DNA of 43,106 bases from an uncultured Bacillales bacterium (GTDB lineage: Bacteria; Bacillota_I; Bacilli_A; RFN20; CAG-826). The DNA is taken from positions 1 through 43,106 of the forward strand of contig CAMOYS010000002.1 in the NCBI GenBank assembly GCA_946630435.1, in the 5' to 3' direction. A program made the translations under genes and the position numbers. The notes under the pieces are model-generated. The model saw only the letters and a program-made list of their open reading frames with translations. It was not told the origin of the DNA and did not search any database. Below are positions 18,982 to 26,542 of the stretch, one piece after another (position 1 is the first letter of the stretch; each line of letters begins with the position of its first letter).

Positions 18982-20133
18982 TTATTTGAGTACTTCTGCT
19001 AATTCTTTGATTTGTTTAATGTTGTTTTCATCCATTGCAGAAACAATTTTAACAACTGGTTCAACAAATGTGATGTTCTTAGCATTTGCTAATTTAGCTT
19101 TAATAATCTTTTCAACTTGAGGTGCCCAAGTACCATTTTCAATAATACCAATTTGTTTATTTTGGAAACCGTGTTCCACTAGACGGGTAATGAAATCAGA
19201 CATGAATGGGAAGATTTCCATATTGTATGTTGTGGTAGCTAAAACGACTTTGCCATATCTAAAGGCATCTTCTAAGCATTCCGCCATATCTTCGCGAGCT
19301 AAATCAGCAATAGCAACTTTTGGACAGCCTGCTTTCTTAAGTTCTTCTTCTAAAAGTAAAGCAGCTTCTTTAGTGTGACCATAAACTGAAGTATAGGCAA
19401 TAAAGACACCTTCTGTTTCAACACCATAAGAAGACCAAATATTATAAAGATTTAAATAATATGGGAGGTTTTCACTTAACACAGGCCCATGAAGTGGACA
19501 AATTGTTTGAATATCTAAGGTAGCAGCTTTCTTTAAAACGTTTTGAACTTGCATGCCATATTTACCAACGATACCAAAATAATATCTTCTAGCTTCGCAA
19601 GCCCAGTCTTCTTCAACGTCTAAAGCACCGAATTTTCCAAAAGCATCTGCAGAAAATAAGACTTTGCTATTTTCATCATAAGTCATCATAACTTCTGGCC
19701 AGTGAACCATAGGTGCAAACATAAATGTTAATTCTCTTCCACCTAAATTAAGTTTGTCGCCATTATTAACGATTAATTTGTGTTCAATTTCTTGATGGAA
19801 GAATTGATACATCATCTTAAAAGCTTGAGCGTTACTAACGACAATAACATCTGGATAAACCTTTAAAAATTCCATAATATTTGCGGAATGATCAGGTTCC
19901 ATATGTTGAACGATTAAATAATCAGGTTTTCTATCTTTTAAGACTTCTTTTAAATTATTTAGCCATTCATCTTTAAAGTTGATTTCGATTGTATCTAAGA
20001 TGGCAATCTTTTCATCCATGATTACATAGGAGTTATAAGCCATTCCATTAGGTACAATGTATTGACCTTCAAATAAGTCTAATTGGTGATCATTAACACC
20101 AACGTAATAGATATTATTGGTAACGTGTTTCAT
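18982..20133 (-). CDS. flavodiiron protein (FprA-type; metallo-beta-lactamase-like domain plus flavodoxin domain)
   Basis: The di-iron ligand motif HMEPDH lies in the N-terminal domain. The C-terminal flavodoxin-like segment is VFIAYTSVYGHTKEAA. RBS AGAGGAAATTT precedes the ATG. Confidence 0.85.
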   Translation of the reverse strand: MKHVTNNIYYVGVNDHQLDLFEGQYIVPNGMAYNSYVIMDEKIAILDTIEINFKDEWLNNLKEVLKDRKPDYLIVQHMEPDHSANIMEFLKVYPDVIVVSNAQAFKMMYQFFHQEIEHKLIVNNGDKLNLGGRELTFMFAPMVHWPEVMMTYDENSKVLFSADAFGKFGALDVEEDWACEARRYYFGIVGKYGMQVQNVLKKAATLDIQTICPLHGPVLSENLPYYLNLYNIWSSYGVETEGVFIAYTSVYGHTKEAALLLEEELKKAGCPKVAIADLAREDMAECLEDAFRYGKVVLATTTYNMEIFPFMSDFITRLVEHGFQNKQIGIIENGTWAPQVEKIIKAKLANAKNITFVEPVVKIVSAMDENNIKQIKELAEVLK

Positions 20134-20155
20134 AAATTTCCTCTTTCGTATATCG

Positions 20156-20167
20156 TGATAATTATCG
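20156..20167. promoter_or_regulatory. Fur/PerR-like palindrome in the leader/promoter of the flavodiiron gene
   Basis: TGATAATTATCG contains the perfect 10-nt palindrome GATAATTATC (20157-20166), 24-33 nt upstream of the fprA-type start codon. GATAAT could also serve as the -10 hexamer. Confidence 0.3.
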
Positions 20168-20211
20168 CATAGAAACGAATTTTAATAAATATAATAAAAA
20201 TATATTTTTTA

Positions 20212-20240
20212 TTTACATAATTTTTTATTCGTATTAAAAT
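20212..20240 (+). promoter_or_regulatory. candidate sigma-A promoter of the TetR/ABC operon
   Basis: TTTACA (20212-20217), 17-nt spacer, TAAAAT (20235-20240). Confidence 0.45.
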
Positions 20241-20248
20241 TGCAAACG

Positions 20249-20264
20249 TTGACACGCATGTCAA
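20249..20264. promoter_or_regulatory. candidate TetR operator (perfect 6-4-6 inverted repeat)
   Basis: TTGACAcgcaTGTCAA lies just downstream of the candidate -10 and 10 nt before the TetR start codon. Confidence 0.5.
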
Positions 20265-20274
20265 TGATAAAAAT

Positions 20275-20880
20275 ATGCCAAGAACAAAAGAACAATGTCA
20301 GAAAATTAAAGAACGTAGAAAAGAAGCGATAAAAGCCGCTGGTTTAAGACTTTTTGCTATAAATGGATATAAATCGGTCACAATTGATGACGTTATGGAT
20401 GAGGTTAATTCCGCTCATTCGCTTTTCTATCATTATTATTCAAGCAAAGAAGAGCTATTTAGAGACATCATGCACGGAATTGAAAATCATTTACAAAGTG
20501 TTTTTGAGGGAATTTCTTTCGATAAAAAAGCTATTCTTATTATTGAAGATTTAATTGATAAACTATATGAGCTTCTTTCTAAAAAACAAAGTGCATATGA
20601 AGTATACTTGCTATTAACTCTTCATTACCGTTTTGAAGATTTACCTCAAGCAAGAGAAACAGACCACAAGATTGCTGTTTGGAATTATCTTTATAAAATG
20701 ATTGAAAAGGGGCAAGAAGAAGGAGATATTTCTAAAGGAAACATTGGTGAGTACACTGTTGCACTATTCTCGATAATTCTTGGTCTTGCTTATAAAGGCA
20801 TGTTTGATAAAGATAAAGACTTATCACCAGATAAATCAATAATTATGAATTTAATATTAAAAGGAAAGGAGACTGAATAA
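20275..20880 (+). CDS. TetR/AcrR-family transcriptional regulator
   Basis: N-terminal HTH AAGLRLFAINGYKSVTIDDVMDEVNSAHSLFYHYYSSKEELF. 201 aa. The stop overlaps the next ATG (TAATG). Confidence 0.85.
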   Translation: MPRTKEQCQKIKERRKEAIKAAGLRLFAINGYKSVTIDDVMDEVNSAHSLFYHYYSSKEELFRDIMHGIENHLQSVFEGISFDKKAILIIEDLIDKLYELLSKKQSAYEVYLLLTLHYRFEDLPQARETDHKIAVWNYLYKMIEKGQEEGDISKGNIGEYTVALFSIILGLAYKGMFDKDKDLSPDKSIIMNLILKGKETE

Positions 20881-22646
20881 TGATAAAAAGAATGCGTTTA
20901 GTATTTAAATCGCTTAGAGAATATAAAGTTTTCGCTTTAATCACACCATTATTTATGATTGGTGAAGCGGCAATGGAATGTGCTCTACCTTTTGTAATGT
21001 CTAAACTAACTGACGAAATTCAAGTAGCAGAACCAAATATCTGGCCATTTGTATGGCTAATGATTGGAGGAGCTTTGATAAGTTTAGTATGTGGTATTTT
21101 AGGTGGTGTATTTGCTTCTAAAGCTGCAACTGGTTTAGCGAAAAACTTAAGATACGATTTATATAAAAAGGTTCAATCCTTCTCCTTTGCAAATATTGAT
21201 AAATTCTCCGTTTCATCCTTAGTTACAAGAATGACTACCGATATTAACACAATCCAAATGGCATTTGGCTTAATTATCCGTGCTGTTTTCCGCGCCCCAC
21301 TTATGATGGCTTTCTCAATTATCATGGCTTTCGTTACAGGTGGGCCAATGGCGTGGATCTTTATCGGAATGGTACCTCTTGTTGCTATTATCTTTATTGT
21401 AATCATTGCCAAAGCGATGCCAACCTTTACTAGATTATTCAAACGTTACGATAAGATGAATGAATCTGTTCAAGAAAATATTGCTGGTATTCGCGTTGTT
21501 AAAACCTTTGTTCGTGAGGAGTATGAAAAGGAAAAATTCCGCAACACCTCCAGCGATTTAGCCAAAGACTTCATTAAAGCTGAGAAAATTGTTGCCTGGA
21601 ATAACCCTGCTTTAAACTTTGCAATTCACTTCTCTAATATGCTTATTTGTACCTTTGGTTCATGGCTTATTTATGAAAATAGTGAAGTCGGTCCAGATGG
21701 TAAGATTATCTTTAATAATTTATCATTAGGTGGCTTATCAGCCTTACAGACTTATGGTGTTCAAATCTTAATGTCATTAATGTTTGTCTCCATGATTTTA
21801 GTAATGCTTGCCATGTCAATTGAAGCGTTCAAACGTGTTTATGAAGTTTTAATTGAAGAACCTACTATTGAAAATCCAAAAAACCCAATCTACGAAGTTA
21901 ATGATGGTTCAATCACCCTCAACAATGTTTCATTTAAGTATAATGAACACGCTGAAAGAAACGCTTTAGAAAATATTAATATCAGCATTAATTCCGGTGA
22001 GTTTGTTGGTATTATTGGTTCAACAGGTTCAGGTAAAACAACTTTAATTAATTTGATCTCTCGCCTTTATGATGTTAGTGAAGGCGAAGTTATTGTAAGC
22101 GGACATAATGTTAGAGAATACGATTTAGAAGTATTAAGAGATTCAATTTCTGTAGTGTTACAAAAGAATGAATTATTCTCCGGGAGTATCGCTGATAACT
22201 TACGCTGGGGTGACTTAAATGCCAGCCTTGAAGATGTAAGAAAAGCTGCACAAACCGCTCAAATTGATGATTTTGTTATGTCACTTAAGCATCAATACGA
22301 CAATATGATTAAGCCTGGAGGCAATAACGTTTCAGGTGGTCAAAAGCAAAGACTTTGTATTGCTAGAGCCTTACTTAAAAAACCTAAAATCTTAATTCTT
22401 GATGACTCCACATCTGCGGTTGATACAAAGACCGATAAGATGATTCAAGAATCTTTAAGAAGAGACATTCCTCACACTACTAAGATTGTTATTGCACAAC
22501 GTATTTCTTCAATTGAAGATGCGGATAAAATTATCGTCATGGATGATGGTAAGATTAACGCTATCGGTACTCACGAAGAATTACTAAAAAATAATGAGAT
22601 TTATCGTGAAGTTTATAATACACAAACTAAGAAAGGAGGTAAGTAA
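20880..22646 (+). CDS. ABC exporter half-transporter, degenerate-site subunit
   Basis: Walker A GSTGSGKTT, signature VSGGQ, Walker B ILILDD (Glu to Asp), and H-loop position IAQR (His to Gln). Confidence 0.9.
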   Translation: MIKRMRLVFKSLREYKVFALITPLFMIGEAAMECALPFVMSKLTDEIQVAEPNIWPFVWLMIGGALISLVCGILGGVFASKAATGLAKNLRYDLYKKVQSFSFANIDKFSVSSLVTRMTTDINTIQMAFGLIIRAVFRAPLMMAFSIIMAFVTGGPMAWIFIGMVPLVAIIFIVIIAKAMPTFTRLFKRYDKMNESVQENIAGIRVVKTFVREEYEKEKFRNTSSDLAKDFIKAEKIVAWNNPALNFAIHFSNMLICTFGSWLIYENSEVGPDGKIIFNNLSLGGLSALQTYGVQILMSLMFVSMILVMLAMSIEAFKRVYEVLIEEPTIENPKNPIYEVNDGSITLNNVSFKYNEHAERNALENINISINSGEFVGIIGSTGSGKTTLINLISRLYDVSEGEVIVSGHNVREYDLEVLRDSISVVLQKNELFSGSIADNLRWGDLNASLEDVRKAAQTAQIDDFVMSLKHQYDNMIKPGGNNVSGGQKQRLCIARALLKKPKILILDDSTSAVDTKTDKMIQESLRRDIPHTTKIVIAQRISSIEDADKIIVMDDGKINAIGTHEELLKNNEIYREVYNTQTKKGGK

Positions 22647-22648
22647 AC

Positions 22649-24577
22649 ATGCCACCAATGAGAATGAAAGGCAAATTCCAAAAAGCCAAAAAAGGAACTC
22701 TTAAACGTCTTATTAAGATGCTTTGGAAAGACTTTAAATGGATGTTAATTGCCGCTGTTATCTTTATTATTCTTTATTCCGCTGGAAATATTGCTTCCTC
22801 CATCTTTATTAAAAATATTTCTAACACCTTAGATGCATCAATTAAAGCAGGTACAAATCCATGGCCTGAATTAACAAATATTTTACTTGTTATTGGTGGA
22901 TTCTATATTGTTGGGCTTATTTCCGCATTCGCCTATACCCGTATTATGGCGGTTGTTACCCAAAAATTCCTTAACACTGTTCGTATTAAAATGTTTAACC
23001 ATATGGAATCTCTTCCAATTAAATATTTTGATACTCATCCACGTGGCGATGTCATGTCTTTATACACAAACGACATTGATACAATTAGACAACTTGTTTC
23101 ACAAGCTTTCCCAACTTCAATTCAAGCTGGGGTTACAATTGTCGCTGCTATTGCAGTAATGCTTTATTTCTCCTTATATCTTTCACTTATCGTTTTCGGT
23201 GGATCTATCCTAATGATCTTAACTGCTAAATTTGTTGGAGGAACATCCTCAAAATACTTTATCAAACAACAAATTGAAACTGGTAAGGTTGAAGGTAACA
23301 TTGAAGAATCTATCCGTGGACTTAAAGTTATTAAAGTCTTTAATCACGAGGAAAAATCTCAAAAAGACTTCGCTGTTATTAATGATGAACTTTGTAGAGT
23401 AAGTACCACCGCTAACGCTGCTGGTAACACAATGGGTCCAATTAATATGAATATTGGTAACATTGTTTACGTTGTTTTAGCGATTGTTGGTGTTAGCTTC
23501 TTAATCAATAACACAATGAATATTGGTATCCAATCTATCTTTAATGGAGGCAAAGCCCCTATTGATATTGGTACATTATTATTCTTCTTTATCGCGTGTA
23601 GAACATTCTCTAATAACGTTAATAACTTCTCACAACAAATTACCTTTATCGTTATGGGTCAAGCTGGTGCCTCACGTATTTTTGAAATGTTTGATGAACC
23701 ATCTGAAACCGATGAAGGATATGTTACTTTAGTAAACATCAAATATCATGAAGATGGAACATTCGAAGAATGTGAAGAAAAGACAAGATATTACGCTTGG
23801 AAACACCCACATAAAGCGGATGGAACAGTTACATATACCGAACTTAAAGGTGATATCGTTTTAGACCATGTTGACTTTGGTTATAACGCGACAACCCTCG
23901 TTTTACATGATGTTAGTATTTACGCTCACCCAGGACAAAAGATTGCCTTTGTTGGTGCTACAGGCGCAGGTAAAACCACCATTACTAACTTAATTAACCG
24001 TTTCTATGATATTGCAGATGGTAAGATTCGTTATGATGGAATTAACATTAATAAAATTAAGAAAGATGATTTAAGAAGATCATTAGGTATTGTTTTACAA
24101 GATGTTAACTTATTCACTGGCACTGTCATGGATAACATTCGTTACGGTCGATTAGATGCAACCGATGAAGAAGTTTATGAAGCTGCTAAGATTGCTAATG
24201 CCTATGACTTTATCACTAGACTTCCAGAAGGATTTAACACCATGCTTACAGGAGATGGCGCTAACTTATCACAAGGTCAAAGACAATTAATTTCTATTGC
24301 TAGAGCCGCTGTTGCGGATACTCCAGTTATGATTCTTGATGAAGCTACTTCTTCTATCGATACTAGAACTGAAAAACTCGTTCAAAAAGGTACCGATAAA
24401 CTTATGGAAGGAAGAACAGTCTTTGTTATCGCTCATAGATTATCTACTGTTCAAAATAGTAACGCTATTATGGTCTTAGATCATGGACGTATTATTGAAC
24501 GTGGTACTCATGAAGATTTAATCGCTCAAAAAGGTACATATTATCAACTTTATACTGGTGCTTTCGAACTCGAATAA
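22649..24577 (+). CDS. ABC exporter half-transporter, consensus-site subunit
   Basis: Walker A GATGAGKTT, degenerate signature LSQGQ, Walker B VMILDEATS, H-loop IAHR. Confidence 0.9.
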   Translation: MPPMRMKGKFQKAKKGTLKRLIKMLWKDFKWMLIAAVIFIILYSAGNIASSIFIKNISNTLDASIKAGTNPWPELTNILLVIGGFYIVGLISAFAYTRIMAVVTQKFLNTVRIKMFNHMESLPIKYFDTHPRGDVMSLYTNDIDTIRQLVSQAFPTSIQAGVTIVAAIAVMLYFSLYLSLIVFGGSILMILTAKFVGGTSSKYFIKQQIETGKVEGNIEESIRGLKVIKVFNHEEKSQKDFAVINDELCRVSTTANAAGNTMGPINMNIGNIVYVVLAIVGVSFLINNTMNIGIQSIFNGGKAPIDIGTLLFFFIACRTFSNNVNNFSQQITFIVMGQAGASRIFEMFDEPSETDEGYVTLVNIKYHEDGTFEECEEKTRYYAWKHPHKADGTVTYTELKGDIVLDHVDFGYNATTLVLHDVSIYAHPGQKIAFVGATGAGKTTITNLINRFYDIADGKIRYDGININKIKKDDLRRSLGIVLQDVNLFTGTVMDNIRYGRLDATDEEVYEAAKIANAYDFITRLPEGFNTMLTGDGANLSQGQRQLISIARAAVADTPVMILDEATSSIDTRTEKLVQKGTDKLMEGRTVFVIAHRLSTVQNSNAIMVLDHGRIIERGTHEDLIAQKGTYYQLYTGAFELE

Positions 24578-24604
24578 GATATAGGAAGTCCGCTATTTGA
24601 AACT

Positions 24605-24640
24605 AAAAGTCGCCTTTGATTGAAGACGACTTTTCTTTTA
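24605..24640 (+). terminator. Rho-independent terminator after the second ABC pair
   Basis: AAAAGTCG (24605-24612) / CGACTTTT (24627-24634), then CTTTT. Confidence 0.6.
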
Positions 24641-24655
24641 CTTAGTTAGATATAA

Positions 24656-25372
24656 TTAACGGTTTTTGAAATAGATTTTTGCAACAAATGATACCTTATC
24701 GTTTACTCTTCCTTCTACATAAGTATTATCACTAGAAAGATAGACATTAACTTCATCTCCATCATGTAATTCATTGACGTAATTAATATCAAGACGAGTT
24801 ATGAAATGAGAGCGATAGAAATCTAATGGGAAGATATCAGATATCATTTCAATATAACGAGTGTTATTAACGTGTCCATTTAAATCGCAGTCACTATATC
24901 TCATTGTTCTTTTATAAAAGAAGGAACATTCTTCTGGTTGTACTTTTTCTGGAAGTGGAAGAGGAGTTTCTCCTTTTAAGCTATCAACAACATAAGGTAA
25001 ATTAGGTCTCATAATTAAACGACGCGTTTTATTATCGATTAAAGCCCACATGGAAGATACTTGGGCTAAGATCTTATTGTCTTTATTACGGATTCCACCA
25101 TTACGGCAGAAGATAAATCCATTTTTAAGTTCACTTGGATAAGTATAGAATTCTTCTATTTCACCGTGTGGTATTAAATCATAAAAATCTACTCTAACAC
25201 GAGAAATAATCCAGTCAATTCCATTATCAGTTGTTTTATCTTTGCCAATACCAATTTCATCAGAGTTACGACTAGCAATTTCTTGAAATAAAGAAAAGAA
25301 ATTAACTAATTTAAGATTTCCAGTTGCATCCACCATTGATGGTCCAACATAAAACTTTTCGAAACGAGGCAT
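24656..25372 (-). CDS. acyl-ACP thioesterase (double hot-dog, FatA/B-like)
   Basis: 238 aa. N-terminal VDATGNLKLVNFFSLFQEIA and second-half YSDCDLNGHVNNTRYIEMI are typical of the bacterial acyl-ACP thioesterase family. Confidence 0.75.
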   Translation of the reverse strand: MPRFEKFYVGPSMVDATGNLKLVNFFSLFQEIASRNSDEIGIGKDKTTDNGIDWIISRVRVDFYDLIPHGEIEEFYTYPSELKNGFIFCRNGGIRNKDNKILAQVSSMWALIDNKTRRLIMRPNLPYVVDSLKGETPLPLPEKVQPEECSFFYKRTMRYSDCDLNGHVNNTRYIEMISDIFPLDFYRSHFITRLDINYVNELHDGDEVNVYLSSDNTYVEGRVNDKVSFVAKIYFKNR

Positions 25373-26430
25373 TATTCATTATCCTCACTTTCTACATTCT
25401 TTTGAGGATTTTTAAGAGCTTTATTTTCTCTAGCTAGATCAAGAATAACAGTGACAAATAAAGCGACAATATATAAACCAAACGCAATGAAGATAGAGGC
25501 TGGAATATATGTCGAATAATTAATAACTAATGTCTCACTCTTTAATAAGTTTTCAGTAACTAAATATGAGGTCATAATGCCTAAACCAAACCCGAGGAAG
25601 ATAATAGTGTGCATAACGATATGACTGGCTAAATCTTTACGTAAATTTCTGAATGATTTCTTACGCATGAATAAAAGTAAATTTCCCACAAGAACTGCGG
25701 TAAATACACCCATAAAGACAATAAATACTGCAGCATAACCCACACTATTTTTAGCGAAGAAAACAAACATAAATAAAGTAACTGCCGCTAATAAGAAGGT
25801 ATATAAAAGATTAAAGATGTAACTGATTGCTTCATTTCTTAAATTAATAACAAAACGATCAAATAAATTCTTTAAACTAAATGGAACTTTTTCTTTATGA
25901 GATTCTACTTTTACTTTCTTTTCCTTTTTAGTAATTACTTCTTTTGGTTTTTCAGAGATAATTAATGGGAAAGAAATATCATTTAAAGAATATTCTCTAG
26001 TTGCAGGAGCAGCGTCTTCAAAATAAGTTTGAGCGCAGACATAAATTAATAAAGGTTTAAATTCACCCAAAGCATTAAGAATAGAACATACTTTTTCTTT
26101 ACGACTTTCAGGATCTGTAACAATCATATCCTTAAGAGGAGTTAATTTTACTAATAGTTCATCTTTGGATGCTTTATTAAAGTTTTCTTTATTATATATA
26201 GCGAGAATATAGCCAATTTTTGAAACATTAACTTTGATACGAATTGTGTCTAAAACTGGATAGTCTTTTTCGTTACAAACAATAGAATATGGAGATTCTT
26301 CAAAATCTTTTAAGTTGAGATTAAAAATATTAACTAATGAATCGTTTAAAAAGAGCACATTATATTTAGATGTGAGTTCGATAATGTCATTACCAGTTTT
26401 GATTTTTAAGTTCGCCATAGCAAATATCAT
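25372..26430 (-). CDS. hypothetical protein: ~190-aa soluble N-domain plus 4 TM helices
   Basis: 352-aa ORF. Its stop overlaps the thioesterase start (TAATG). No recognisable motifs. The alternative start MANLK at 26418 cannot be excluded. Confidence 0.55.
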   Translation of the reverse strand: MIFAMANLKIKTGNDIIELTSKYNVLFLNDSLVNIFNLNLKDFEESPYSIVCNEKDYPVLDTIRIKVNVSKIGYILAIYNKENFNKASKDELLVKLTPLKDMIVTDPESRKEKVCSILNALGEFKPLLIYVCAQTYFEDAAPATREYSLNDISFPLIISEKPKEVITKKEKKVKVESHKEKVPFSLKNLFDRFVINLRNEAISYIFNLLYTFLLAAVTLFMFVFFAKNSVGYAAVFIVFMGVFTAVLVGNLLLFMRKKSFRNLRKDLASHIVMHTIIFLGFGLGIMTSYLVTENLLKSETLVINYSTYIPASIFIAFGLYIVALFVTVILDLARENKALKNPQKNVESEDNE

Positions 26431-26498
26431 ATAACATTATTAAGAAACATTCATTAGTTTTTAATAAACTAAAGGATTTATAGAAGCATATTCCCAAT

Positions 26499-26528
26499 AA
26501 AAAAGCCTCCAATTTGAATTTTGGAAGC
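26499..26528 (-). terminator. Rho-independent terminator after the phosphohexomutase gene
   Basis: On the minus strand, GCTTCCAA / TTGGAGGC forms a stem with one G.U pair, followed by TTTTTT. Confidence 0.6.
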
Positions 26529-26542
26529 TATTTAGAAGTATT

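Noticed and set aside
12471-24595. A shared GC-rich 13-mer, TAGGAAGTCCGCT, at 12471-12483 and 24583-24595. Each copy lies about 5-15 nt after a plus-strand stop codon and within or next to a terminator.
   Set aside because: A rough estimate puts a chance 13-nt match among the GC-richer words of a 43-kb window on two strands at order 0.1-1 expected. Flanking similarity is minimal (TTT only), and the two copies sit differently relative to their hairpins, one in the loop and one upstream. It is worth a genome-wide word count, but it is not convincing as an element.
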